DNA of 36,589 bases from Candidatus Zixiibacteriota bacterium. Its GTDB lineage: Bacteria; Zixibacteria; MSB-5A5; GN15; FEB-12. The stretch is taken from the NCBI GenBank assembly GCA_041742355.1, contig JBGSIV010000169.1, positions 1-36,589 on the forward strand, given 5' to 3'. The notes beneath the pieces are model-generated. The model saw nothing but the letters and a program-made list of their open reading frames with translations. It was not told the origin of the DNA and did not search any database. A program made the position numbers and the translations under genes. The number at the start of each line of letters is the position of its first letter. Position 1 is the first letter of the stretch. Positions 1-9,655 of this stretch are shown here, piece by piece.

Positions 1-2982
1 TTCATCCGGCCCGCTCACCACCACCCGCGCCTCGAACGAATGCACCTCGTCCTTGTGCGGCAACTGGTACTCCAGGATCTGTATCTCTCCCGATTCGAGG
101 GCTTCCTCTATTGTCGCCATCGTGCCCGCCGCCAGATCGGGCGGCAGGGTCTGGTTGACACTCAGCCCGACAATCTCGTCTGACTGCACTGCCAGCCCGC
201 TCCCCTTCGGTGCCCGGTAATCCAGGTAGACGCCGGTTCGGCTAAGACGGAACATCAGGTCGGGAATCACGCTGAGGAGCGCCTGGTTCTTGGCCTCGCT
301 GTTCCGCAGCTCCGCCGTCCGTTCCTCGATCCGTTTCTCCAGGTCGTCATGCGCCCGCTGCAAAGCTTCTTCAGCCCGTTTGCGGGCGGTTATGTCGCGC
401 CCCATACCGACCGTGTAGAGCACCTCGCCGCTATCATCACGGATCTGGAAGACAGAGAGGTCGATCGGCAGATCGATGCCGTCGCGGCGGCGCATCGCCA
501 TCTCGCCGCGGAATTCTCCCTGGGATCGCAGCGTTTCGATCACCTTGTCGACCGGCTCTTGTCCGACCAGATCGGCGGCTGTCATGCCAATCGCCTCTTC
601 GTCCGAATAGCCAGAATTGACCCGGTGCGCGGGGTTACGGGCGATGAGCCGGTTGTTCCTGTCGAAGATCGTAATACCGTCGCCGCTCGTTTCAAAAATC
701 CGCTGGTACAGCCGCAGCTTTTCCTCGGCCCGGCGGACTTCGGTGATATCGATACCGGTCGCGATTATGTATTCGACGCTGCCGCTGCCGTCGGTCAGCA
801 CCGTATTGGACCAGGATATGAGCCGTTTCTCGCCCGAACGCGTGACCCAGTTGTTTTCGGCTGTGTTCGGGAAGTCGCCTGCGAGCAGCGAGCGAAACAC
901 CCGTACAGTCGGTTCGCGCTCCTCCTCGGTCAACAGCAGATCCCAGAAAGGCGTGCCGAGCACTTCCTCGGCACGGTAACCCGTGGTCTGTTCGCAGGCC
1001 CGGTTGAAACTGACAATTTGCCCCTGCGGGTCGAGTACGGTGATGAGTGCGCCGGCCGTGTCGAGAATCGCGCTGACGAAATTGCGTTCCCGCCGCAAGG
1101 CGTCCTCCGCCTCCTTGCGTTGCGTGATATCGTATAATCCCCCGACAATAACATCCTCGCCGTTGATCCGCGTGACCACCAGCGACGCCAGCATCCACAC
1201 CGGCGTGCCGTCCCCTCGGCGTAGACGGACTTCAAAATCGCGCAGAATACGATCGCGACGAAGTCGCACCACCACTTCCTGCCGGTCCGCCTCATCGTAG
1301 TAGAACTCGACTGTGCGGCGCCCGATCACCTCCTGCCGAGACAGGCCGACCAGTTCGGCGAGGTGGTCGTTAATATACACGATGCGGCCGTCTTCGATCC
1401 GGCTGATGATGGTTGGAATCGGCGCCGCTTCGATCAGCGCCCGAACCTGATCCTCCGCCTGCTTGATCTTGGTGACGTCGCTGAACAGCCACACGCGGCC
1501 GATTTCGGCTCCGCCGCTGTCGTGCACCTTCATCGAATGTACCGCCACCCATCGTTCCCGCGGGCAGGTGACCAGTAACGCCCGCTCAACGATCGACTCC
1601 GGCAGTGCGATCCGCTCGACATCGGTGTCGGGGTTCGCCATGAGTTTCGCGACAAGGCGCCCCAGATCCGCCGTCGAGTGAAAACATCCGGCGACCTTGT
1701 CCAGGAACTGATCGAACCCCCTTCCCCGGATCAAACCCTCCGGAAGGCCGAAGAACCCCTCCAGTTGTGCGTTGGTGGCGACAATTGCTCCCGACGGATC
1801 GACCATCAGAATGACGTAGTAGGCGCTGTCGAGAATGGCCTGGAGCCGGTCCTTGCTGCGAGACAGTTCGCCGAGCAGTTGCTGCAGCTCATCGTTCTTC
1901 TCCTCCAGCCGCTCCTGTGTGCCAAGCAGATCGACATTGGCACGGGCCAGCTCGAGTGTCTTGTCCTCCAGTTCCACTGTCTGCCGCCGCAACTCGACCG
2001 TCCGCTCCTCGACCACCCGCTCCAGCGACTCGTATGCCCGGGTATTTTCAAAGGCCAGCCCCACCATATTGGCGAACATCTCGAAGCGCGCTACATCCTG
2101 GTCATCCATTTCCCGCACGTGGTGCTGCATGTTGCCGATGAGCAGCCCGATCACCGTGTGTTTCGTACGCACCGGCGAAATCACCATCGCCTTGGTGCGG
2201 ATAATCTGCCCCGGCTCTTTCGTCCAGCGCGGGTCGGCGTTAAGGTCGCGCACGAACACCGTGCGGCCGCCGAGCGCTTCTTCCAGAATGGCCGGCCCCA
2301 GCCGTTCCTCTCCCGACTCTATCCGGCGGAACAAGTCGCCAGCCAGATCCGGCGGATCCTTGGGAAAGCAGATCGATCCGACGCGCAGCCGCCCGTCCCG
2401 CAGAAGCAGCAGCAGCGCCCGGTCGAAATCAAGCGCTTCGGTGAGCAGCCGCGGCACCGCATCTACCAACCGCTCCTCGTTTTTGATCTGGATCAGACGA
2501 TTCGAGACATCGTTCAACGAGGCCAGCTGACGGTTGGCGAATTCGAGCTTGCCCGACCGCTCCTCGACTGTCTGCTCCAGCATCCGCGAATAATCGGCCA
2601 GCCGCTGCTGCAGCAAGGCGTGTTCGATCGCCTGGAAGATGGTCATTTCGAGGTCCGGGATCCTCGCCGGCTTGACGATGAACCGGTAAGCCCCCTGCTT
2701 GATCGCCTCGATCGCCAGTTCAACGGAGCCATGCGCAGTGAGGATTACGACCGGCACCTGCGGCCGGGCCTCCTTGACTGCGTGCAGCACCGCCAGGCCG
2801 TCGACCGGCGCCATATTCAGGTCGCACAGCACGAGATCGAACGGCTCCAGGGCAAAGCGGTCCAGCCCTTCCCGGCCATCAGCCGACGTCACTACGACAA
2901 AGCCGCGTTCTCCCAGGCGAGCGGCGAGACTCTCTCGCTGGCCCGGATCATCTTCAATGTACAGGAGGCGCACAGTTTCCAC
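1..2982 (-). CDS. Multi-sensor signalling protein (N-terminal REC, GAF, about five PAS domains); runs off the window at the 3' end, output domain not visible
   Basis: Hand translation from GTG 2982 (in-frame TGA just upstream at 2994-2992): METVRLLYIEDD...DLVLCDLNMAPVDG...ILTAHGS...FIVKP is a receiver domain. Then a GAF-like segment (ISPVRTKHTVIGLL...FANMVGLAFEN), coiled coils and PAS repeats ending DITQRK, DITEVRR, DITARK. The same frame reads FEARVVVSGPDE at base 1. Confidence 0.92.
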   Translation of the reverse strand, partial: METVRLLYIEDDPGQRESLAARLGERGFVVVTSADGREGLDRFALEPFDLVLCDLNMAPVDGLAVLHAVKEARPQVPVVILTAHGSVELAIEAIKQGAYRFIVKPARIPDLEMTIFQAIEHALLQQRLADYSRMLEQTVEERSGKLEFANRQLASLNDVSNRLIQIKNEERLVDAVPRLLTEALDFDRALLLLLRDGRLRVGSICFPKDPPDLAGDLFRRIESGEERLGPAILEEALGGRTVFVRDLNADPRWTKEPGQIIRTKAMVISPVRTKHTVIGLLIGNMQHHVREMDDQDVARFEMFANMVGLAFENTRAYESLERVVEERTVELRRQTVELEDKTLELARANVDLLGTQERLEEKNDELQQLLGELSRSKDRLQAILDSAYYVILMVDPSGAIVATNAQLEGFFGLPEGLIRGRGFDQFLDKVAGCFHSTADLGRLVAKLMANPDTDVERIALPESIVERALLVTCPRERWVAVHSMKVHDSGGAEIGRVWLFSDVTKIKQAEDQVRALIEAAPIPTIISRIEDGRIVYINDHLAELVGLSRQEVIGRRTVEFYYDEADRQEVVVRLRRDRILRDFEVRLRRGDGTPVWMLASLVVTRINGEDVIVGGLYDITQRKEAEDALRRERNFVSAILDTAGALITVLDPQGQIVSFNRACEQTTGYRAEEVLGTPFWDLLLTEEEREPTVRVFRSLLAGDFPNTAENNWVTRSGEKRLISWSNTVLTDGSGSVEYIIATGIDITEVRRAEEKLRLYQRIFETSGDGITIFDRNNRLIARNPAHRVNSGYSDEEAIGMTAADLVGQEPVDKVIETLRSQGEFRGEMAMRRRDGIDLPIDLSVFQIRDDSGEVLYTVGMGRDITARKRAEEALQRAHDDLEKRIEERTAELRNSEAKNQALLSVIPDLMFRLSRTGVYLDYRAPKGSGLAVQSDEIVGLSVNQTLPPDLAAGTMATIEEALESGEIQILEYQLPHKDEVHSFEARVVVSGPDE

Positions 2983-3024
2983 TTCTGCTTCTCATGAGCG
3001 GGTGGTTTCCTGATCGACACGGCC

Positions 3025-3054
3025 AGTATAATACATTCGGCGCCCTCATGCCAA
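3025..3054 (-). promoter_or_regulatory. Putative sigma70 promoter of the sensor gene
   Basis: TTGGCA-18 bp-TATACT on the - strand, about 40 bp upstream of the GTG start. Confidence 0.5.
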
Positions 3055-3370
3055 CCGAAACCGCCCCGCGGCCCGTCCGGCCGAGATGCAGCATGCCTCG
3101 GACCGGTATTGTCTACAATGTACGCAGGAACTAAGGCTCCGGTTGCCCCGAGCCTGATTTTGCCGGCACGGCGCAGCCGGGGTGTAAGTCCTGGCCCAAT
3201 ATCTGATCAGCCGGCGTGCCTCCCCCCTTATCCTCTGCCTCGGTAACATTTACGGGGGCCCTGATGCCGAATGGCTGCAGCCTACCCGCCAGCTCATCCG
3301 GAAGCTGAGTCCGGGCCGTTCTCCGTTCAGAACGCACGCGGTGCTGAGCAGCGCCCATGCTCACGCCGCC

Positions 3371-3859
3371 TCACTGCTCTTTCTCGATCACACTCACCTT
3401 GCCGTCTGTTTCGAGGTACGCCACTTTGACCTTGCTCACATCATCCACCCCCGATTGCCTGAGTTCGGACATCAATTCGTGCTCGGAGAGCAGGTGTCGA
3501 CGCATGTTGCCGTGCAGGTAGCGGCCCTCGTGTATCACCATCACCGGCGAGCCCCCAAGAAATTCCCTGACTACGTTGAACCGGTGCTGCAGCGCTTCGA
3601 TTACCAGATCCCAGAAGACAACGGTCAGCGCCAGCACCAGCGCCCCGGTCACTGTCTTGTATTCTCCCTGGATGCCGTTGGATACCGCGTCCGCTATGAT
3701 GACCGCGATGAGGATGTTGCCGATCGATACGCTTGCTCCCATGCGTAGCACCACGAAGCGAAACAGCAGGTACACGCTGAGGTAGACCACCGATCCCCGG
3801 ATGAACAGGTCCAGCAGGGAGTGCTGGGGCACGAATATTCCGCTCCAGTCGATACCCAT
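3371..3859 (-). CDS. DUF421/YetF (YcaP-like) membrane protein
   Basis: Three N-terminal TM segments, then GSPVMVIHEG...ELMSELRQSG...AYLETDGKVSV, typical of DUF421; AGGAG RBS upstream. Confidence 0.9.
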   Translation of the reverse strand: MGIDWSGIFVPQHSLLDLFIRGSVVYLSVYLLFRFVVLRMGASVSIGNILIAVIIADAVSNGIQGEYKTVTGALVLALTVVFWDLVIEALQHRFNVVREFLGGSPVMVIHEGRYLHGNMRRHLLSEHELMSELRQSGVDDVSKVKVAYLETDGKVSVIEKEQ

Positions 3860-4011
3860 ATAGTTCTCCTTTTCGATTGGCGCAGTTGCGGAGAGGAAGG
3901 CCCAAGGCGGTTACCTACAAGAACCGCGGCTTCCAGTTTCCGGTTCTCCCGGTTCTCGCCCTGGAGATTGCCGCCAACTCCCGGAATGAGGCCTGAAATG
4001 CCGAAATTGCG

Positions 4012-4040
4012 TTGACGGCTGCCGTTCGGCACCTTACTTT
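4012..4040 (+). promoter_or_regulatory. Putative sigma70 promoter of the ABC operon
   Basis: TTGACG-17 bp-TACTTT. Confidence 0.55.
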
Positions 4041-4077
4041 AGCTGAAACAGTAGGATGGGTGGACGAAGCACGAGTC

Positions 4078-4968
4078 ATGATAACCGCCAGTCACCTCCA
4101 CAAGCGCTTCGGCGCACTGACCGCTGTCGACGATATCTCGTTCGACATACGGCGGGGCGAGACATTCGGCCTGCTCGGGCCCAACGGCGCCGGGAAAACC
4201 ACCACCATCAGTATGCTCGCGGGAATTCTTGCCCCGGATCAGGGCAGTGTTCGGATCGACGGTTCCCAGAATCCGATGCAGGCGCAGACGCGCCTCAAGA
4301 TCGGCAATGCCCCGCAGGCGCTCGCCCTGTACGAGGACCTGTCGGCCTCCGAAAACCTCTTCTTCTTTGGCCGGCTCTACCGGCTCTCCGGCGCCCGGTT
4401 GTCCGAGCGGGTCGCGTGGGCGCTCGACCTGGCCGGCTTGACTGAGCGGCGACGAGACGCCGTCAGGACTTTCTCCGGCGGGATGAAACGCCGCCTCAAT
4501 CTCGCCTGTGCCGTAATCCATAATCCGCCGCTGCTCCTACTGGACGAACCGACAGTCGGGGTCGACCCCCAGTCGCGCAACCTCCTGTTCGAGCGCATCG
4601 AATCTCTCAAGCGCGACGGCTGCACCATCCTCTATACGACGCACTACATGGAAGAAGCCCAGCGGCTGTGCGACCGGGTGGCCATTGTCGACCACGGTCG
4701 ACTCCTCGCCCTCGATACGGTCGACAACCTGATTGCCCGTCACGGCGGCAAGTCGGTCATCGAAGCCGAGCTCGAACGCTTGCCCGATCGACCGGCCGAT
4801 CTTCCCGGCGATCTCCGCGATCACCGCCTGCGGGTCGAAACCGACTGTCCCTTGCAGGACGTCGCAAAACTCGCCGACTCCGGTTTGCGATTTCTAACGC
4901 TGCACGTGCACCGGGCCGATCTCGAGACGGTCTTCCTCAACCTCACCGGACGGAGGCTGCGCGACTGA
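4078..4968 (+). CDS. ABC-2 type exporter ATP-binding protein (DrrA/NodI-like)
   Basis: Walker A GPNGAGKTT, signature FSGGMKRR, Walker B LLLLDEP, H-loop TTHY; start moved to ATG 4078 (MITASHL). Confidence 0.93.
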   Translation: MITASHLHKRFGALTAVDDISFDIRRGETFGLLGPNGAGKTTTISMLAGILAPDQGSVRIDGSQNPMQAQTRLKIGNAPQALALYEDLSASENLFFFGRLYRLSGARLSERVAWALDLAGLTERRRDAVRTFSGGMKRRLNLACAVIHNPPLLLLDEPTVGVDPQSRNLLFERIESLKRDGCTILYTTHYMEEAQRLCDRVAIVDHGRLLALDTVDNLIARHGGKSVIEAELERLPDRPADLPGDLRDHRLRVETDCPLQDVAKLADSGLRFLTLHVHRADLETVFLNLTGRRLRD

Positions 4969-6233
4969 TGGGCCCGATATTCACCCTCGCCCTCAAAGAT
5001 CTGCGCCTGCTGTGGCGTGACAAATTCGGCCTCTTCTGGGTTGCCCTCTTCCCCCTTCTCATGGCGCTGTTCTTCGGATCGATTTTTTCGGGTGGCGGTT
5101 CGCGTGCCGGCAATATGAAGATCGCCCTCGTCGATCAAGTCCGAACCGATCAATCCGCCCGGCTGGCCGGAAAGCTCGCGGCCAAGGAGGTCCTGGCGGT
5201 ATCCCCCATGTCGTTCGATTCCGCCCGGGCACTGGTGCAGAAGGGCAAGTTGGCCGCGTACGTGCTGCTCAAGCCCCATGCCGACAGCTCTGAGAGCTTC
5301 AATCCGTTCGCCATGCCGCCAATAGAGATCGGGGTCGACCCCTCGCGCAAAGCGGAAGCGGGCTACCTGCAGGGGATGGTTACGGAAGCCTGGTTCAGTC
5401 TCGTGCAGGAACGGATGAGCGATCCCGCCGAAACAAAGCAGTGGGTCAATCAGGGCCAAGACGCGCTCTTGACTGACACCACGCTCCCGCCCGACCAGCG
5501 GGCTGTTATTTCCCGGCTGCTAGGCAGTCTGGGCGACTACGTATCGATGACCGACTCCTCCGGAACGGCTTCGGCTTCCCCCTTCGGATCAGCCGCCATC
5601 AGCGTTGTGGAAATCGCGGTCGAATCCAGCGGCCCCCGCTCCCCCTTTGAGATCACTTTCCCGCAGGCCCTTGCCTGGGCGCTGCTCGGCTGCACCCTTT
5701 CCTTTGCCGTGTCGATCGTGACCGAACGGCAGCGCGGCACCTATCTCCGCCTGCGATTGGCGCCGCTCACGCGCGCCCATATCCTCGCCGGCAAAGGCCT
5801 TGCCTGCTTCATCACATGCGTGGGCGTTTCCAGTGTGCTCCTGCTCATCGGCATGCTCATTTTCGACGTCCGGCTTGTTTCTCCACTCGGCATGCTCCTC
5901 GCCCTCGTCGCCGGCGGCATTTGCTATGTCGGGCTGATGATGCTCATCTCGGTGATCGGTCGGACCGAGCAGGCGGTCAGCGGCGCCGGCTGGGCCATCA
6001 TGCTGGTCATGGCCATGACCGGCGGCTCGATGGTTCCCCTCATGTTTATGCCGTCGTGGATGCTCTCGCTGAGCAACTTCAGTGTCGTGAAGTGGGCCAT
6101 CTACGCCTTCGAGGGAGCCATCTGGCGAGAATTTACGCTGACCCAGATGATGCTGCCGGTCGGAATCCTGATCGGCATCGGCGTGACCGCTTACGCTGTC
6201 GGTGTATCCATTCTCGTGCGCACGGACCGCTGA
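4968..6233 (+). CDS. ABC-2 type exporter permease with large extracytoplasmic loop
   Basis: TGATG overlap with the ATPase stop; KDLRLLWRD N-terminus, TM1, large loop, SIVTERQRGT..RL.LAP...ILAGK motif, five further TMs. Confidence 0.9.
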   Translation: MGPIFTLALKDLRLLWRDKFGLFWVALFPLLMALFFGSIFSGGGSRAGNMKIALVDQVRTDQSARLAGKLAAKEVLAVSPMSFDSARALVQKGKLAAYVLLKPHADSSESFNPFAMPPIEIGVDPSRKAEAGYLQGMVTEAWFSLVQERMSDPAETKQWVNQGQDALLTDTTLPPDQRAVISRLLGSLGDYVSMTDSSGTASASPFGSAAISVVEIAVESSGPRSPFEITFPQALAWALLGCTLSFAVSIVTERQRGTYLRLRLAPLTRAHILAGKGLACFITCVGVSSVLLLIGMLIFDVRLVSPLGMLLALVAGGICYVGLMMLISVIGRTEQAVSGAGWAIMLVMAMTGGSMVPLMFMPSWMLSLSNFSVVKWAIYAFEGAIWREFTLTQMMLPVGILIGIGVTAYAVGVSILVRTDR

Positions 6234-6242
6234 ACCTACCCC

Positions 6243-6277
6243 AAAAGAAAACTCCCGCGGCCGTCGGCGCGCGGGAG
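6243..6277 (-). terminator. Rho-independent terminator between convergent genes
   Basis: CTCCCGCG (6252-6259) / CGCGGGAG (6270-6277) stem with an A-rich tract on the left, i.e. a U-tract on the - strand. Confidence 0.65.
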
Positions 6278-6303
6278 CACAAATTCGATAATCAGTTCAA
6301 TCG

Positions 6304-6927
6304 CTATTTCACGATCGTGAAGCAGTACGGTCCGCCCCAGTCCGGCAGGTTGTCGGATTGGTCATCCAGCGACCACAGCCAGACACCGCCCGGAGGGAAG
6401 TACGACTGATCGAGGCAGATCTTCTTGCCGGCCATCGAGGGACTGATCGGGCCGATCGTAATCGTGAACGCGGTCCCGCTCCACTCGTTGGAGATTCCCT
6501 CCTTCATGATGCGGAAACCGCCGAATCCGACCGTATCCGCCCCGGCGCCGTCGATACCGAAATTGACGAAGAACACCCCGCCGTCCATCGAGCCGCGCCC
6601 CACTCCACCGGTGCTGTCAGAGGTCGTCGTACCCCAGGTCGCGCCATCCGGCGAGTATACCCGGAATCCGTTGGAGAAGCCGGCGACCGGTCGGCCGGTG
6701 TTGTTCGTATACCGAAGGTAAAATGTCACCTTCTGCCCCGCCTTCAACTGCCCCTCTCCTGCCAGGCCGTCGATCTTTTCAATCGTGATGCTGCCGCCCG
6801 GAACGACTTTCGGGGTGAACACCGGCTCCGGCTGTTCCAAAGGGCTCTTACTGCCCTGGGCCATAAGGTGCTGCGCTGCCAACAGCAAACCGCACAGGAT
6901 GAGAAATAGGGAGAGTCTCTTCAGCAT
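6304..6927 (-). CDS. Secreted hypothetical protein, single beta-rich (possibly cohesin/Ig-like) domain
   Basis: Signal peptide MLKRLSLFLILCGLLLAAQHLMA; Gly/aromatic beta-strand pattern; two C-terminal Cys; own promoter and terminator. Confidence 0.8.
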   Translation of the reverse strand: MLKRLSLFLILCGLLLAAQHLMAQGSKSPLEQPEPVFTPKVVPGGSITIEKIDGLAGEGQLKAGQKVTFYLRYTNNTGRPVAGFSNGFRVYSPDGATWGTTTSDSTGGVGRGSMDGGVFFVNFGIDGAGADTVGFGGFRIMKEGISNEWSGTAFTITIGPISPSMAGKKICLDQSYFPPGGVWLWSLDDQSDNLPDWGGPYCFTIVK

Positions 6928-6983
6928 GGAATCTCTTTCGTTTGATGAGTCATCTTCGCACTTCCGTGCCGCAACGTGTCCCC

Positions 6984-7012
6984 ATGATACGGCTTCGACG
7001 CCGATCTGTCAA
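6984..7012 (-). promoter_or_regulatory. sigma70 promoter of the 6927 gene
   Basis: TTGACA-17 bp-TATCAT on the - strand. Confidence 0.7.
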
Positions 7013-7231
7013 CCTGCCGACGTCCTTTCTCTTATACAGCCGGGTTCAATTCGGGACCGGTGATACCCGGCCGTTCTTCTCCTCCATCATGCTCCCCTCC
7101 CGCGAATTTCCGGCGTGCTTCTCCTTTCATTTGCCCCACCCTTCTTCTCACCCTATCTTGCGGCGGCTATGCCGGAGAAGCCCGGCCGACATCGACATAC
7201 AGACGCAAACCACATCTGTCGGGACCGCCGC

Positions 7232-9655
7232 ATGAAGACACGTTCTCGCCGAGTTCTTATCGGCACGCTGTTCACCATGGTCGCACTGGTGACCGGTCTG
7301 GCCATTGCCGCCTGGCTCAAGTTCGGCGACACCCTCCCGCCGTCGGAGGGAGCCATTCGCCTCGCGGGCCTCGACGGTCCGGTGGAAATCACGGCCGACA
7401 GCATGGGCATCGCGCAGGTCTGGGCCGAGACGGAACATGACGCCCTGTTCGGCCTAGGCTGGCTGCATGCCGCCGACCGCATGTTCAACATCGATTTCCT
7501 GCGGCGCGTATCGCAGGGCCGCCTTTCGGCCATGCTCGGCCCGACCACCGTAGAATTCGACATGGAGCGTCGCCGCGACGGCCACGTGGCCACGTCCCGG
7601 AACGCGCTCGACCGGCTCAGTCCCGCAAATCGCACACGCCTGCAGGCCTATACCGACGGTGTCAATGCCTGCGCTCAATCGGGGGTCGAACCCCCGCTCG
7701 AATTCATCCTGCTGCAGAAACCGTTCGAGGAGTGGCGCGTCTTCGACTGCCTCACTCTGCTTAACTTCATGACCTGGTACTCCGACGCCCTGCAGAACCG
7801 CGACGGCTTCTTTGCCTCGCTGGCGCATGCCGGTCACGCCGATGCTGTCCGGGCTCTCCCTATCGAATATCCCGCCTGGGCTCCGACGACCGTGCGCGCC
7901 GCAAGAACCGAACGCCGGCCAGCTTCCGGCAGCCTCCGCGAACAGGCCGCCTGCCTTTTGGCCCAGTCGGTACTCGAAAGCGGCGCTTCGTCCTTCACCC
8001 CAGCCCGCTCCTCCAACGCCTGGGCTGTCGCTCCCTCGCGCAGCGCGAGCGGGCAGGCTCTGTTCTGCAGCGACCCGCACCTGGAAATCGCCCGGCTTCC
8101 GCAGTTCTGGTACGCTGTCGGGCTTCATGTCCGGCAGACCGGGCTCGATGTCATCGGTATCACGATCCCCGGCCTCCCGTTTATCGTCATGGGGCATAAC
8201 GGCCGCGCTGCCTGGGCCTTCACCGCCGGCGGCGTCGATGTGGTCGACTACTACATCGAGCGACGGAACCCGACCGACAGCACACAGTATCTCGAACGGA
8301 TCGATCCCGCGCGCGGCGCTGACTCGCTCGTCTGGCGAACGATGGAGATCATTCGCGACACTATTGAAATCGCTCTGGAAGACACCATAGCTTCGTTCAC
8401 TATCCTGCGCACCCACCACGGCCCCGCCCGCGCCGAGTGGTCCGGCCCCGACTCCCTCTACGTTATCCGCTGGGCCGGCCAGGATAATGATCTCGATGCC
8501 GCCACGACCTCCGGCTTCAACCTCATGCGCATCGCCGACTTCGAGTCGTTTCGCGCCAGCGTCGCCTCGATGGGCGCACTCAACGCCAACTGGATGTACG
8601 CCGACCGCGACGGCAACATTGGCTATCAGCTCGGTACCCCGGTTCCCGTCCGGGGCGACGCCTCCCCCTACCTGCCGCTGGATGGGTGGGTTCCCGAAAA
8701 CGACTGGGATGGCTACCTCCCGCCGGATCAGGCTCCCTGGTCGCTGAATCCCCCGGAGGGCTGGCTGGCCAACTGCAACAACAAGGCGGCCGACTCACCC
8801 AACATTCCCGGCAGCTTCGCCGCCGACCGCATCCTGCGCATCAGCGACCTCCTGCAGTCGCAGGAGCTGTTCTCGGTCGCCGATATGCAGGAGTTCCAAC
8901 TCGACCGCACTGATGTCTACCGTCTGCGCTGGCGGTCACTGGTCGACGCCGCCGGAGCCCTCCTCACCGACACCACCGGCTCCCTTGCGGCAGTGCGGGC
9001 GTGGGACGGATCCACGGACACTGCGTCGCTCGCCATCAGCCTGGTGGTCGTCTTCCTCGACGAGTTGAAGAAGGAAGTCTTCGGCGATGAACTCCCGGCC
9101 CATGCAAACGAAATCGGCCGGCTCACCCTCGACGAGGTGATGTTCGGCGGTGATTCGGTCTGGGTCGATGACGTGACGACGGCCAGCCGCGTTGAGTCGC
9201 GCCTCGAAATCGCCCGCCGCGCTCTAGAGCGCTCGCTGCACATGATCGGCGGCAGGAAGTGGGGGCAGGTCCAGACCTTCACCATGGCCCATCCCATGGC
9301 TGGCGTGCCGCTGGTCGGCCGGTTCGTCGACCTGTCATTTGGCCCCTGGTCCTGGCCTGGATCTCCCGGATCGCTCAACGCCTCTTTTCACGAGCGGACA
9401 GGCGCCGCGTCGTTTCGTACGATTGTCGGCCCCAGCTGGCGGTTCGTAGTCGATTTCGCCGATGTCGACGGCGCCACGATGGTCCTGCCCGCCGGCAACT
9501 CCGGCAATCCCTTGAGCCCGCACTTCTTCGATTTCTTTGAGATGTGGCGCAACGGCGAGCGCTGGAATGTCCCCCTCAGCCGTGAGCGTGTTTATGCCCG
9601 CGCGGTGAGCATCCTGACGCTTGAGCCGGATGAATCAGCGAAGGTCGGCCAGTAG
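7232..9655 (+). CDS. Penicillin acylase family (peptidase S45, Ntn-hydrolase) protein, membrane-anchored
   Basis: N-terminal TM, DSMGIAQVWA, GWLHAADRM, catalytic SNAWAV (Ser codon 8012), DPHL, MGHNG, NWMYADRDGNIG, GPSWRFVVD, PAGNSGNP; start at ATG 7232. Confidence 0.93.
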   Translation: MKTRSRRVLIGTLFTMVALVTGLAIAAWLKFGDTLPPSEGAIRLAGLDGPVEITADSMGIAQVWAETEHDALFGLGWLHAADRMFNIDFLRRVSQGRLSAMLGPTTVEFDMERRRDGHVATSRNALDRLSPANRTRLQAYTDGVNACAQSGVEPPLEFILLQKPFEEWRVFDCLTLLNFMTWYSDALQNRDGFFASLAHAGHADAVRALPIEYPAWAPTTVRAARTERRPASGSLREQAACLLAQSVLESGASSFTPARSSNAWAVAPSRSASGQALFCSDPHLEIARLPQFWYAVGLHVRQTGLDVIGITIPGLPFIVMGHNGRAAWAFTAGGVDVVDYYIERRNPTDSTQYLERIDPARGADSLVWRTMEIIRDTIEIALEDTIASFTILRTHHGPARAEWSGPDSLYVIRWAGQDNDLDAATTSGFNLMRIADFESFRASVASMGALNANWMYADRDGNIGYQLGTPVPVRGDASPYLPLDGWVPENDWDGYLPPDQAPWSLNPPEGWLANCNNKAADSPNIPGSFAADRILRISDLLQSQELFSVADMQEFQLDRTDVYRLRWRSLVDAAGALLTDTTGSLAAVRAWDGSTDTASLAISLVVVFLDELKKEVFGDELPAHANEIGRLTLDEVMFGGDSVWVDDVTTASRVESRLEIARRALERSLHMIGGRKWGQVQTFTMAHPMAGVPLVGRFVDLSFGPWSWPGSPGSLNASFHERTGAASFRTIVGPSWRFVVDFADVDGATMVLPAGNSGNPLSPHFFDFFEMWRNGERWNVPLSRERVYARAVSILTLEPDESAKVGQ

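Noticed and set aside
349..2997. Long + strand ORFs (349-1137, 1678-2997 and others)
   Set aside because: Antisense shadows of the - strand REC-GAF-PAS gene; no motifs of their own
3131..3364. 77-aa - strand ORF after the DUF421 gene
   Set aside because: No recognisable motif or clear RBS; cannot be supported, though a small gene is not excluded
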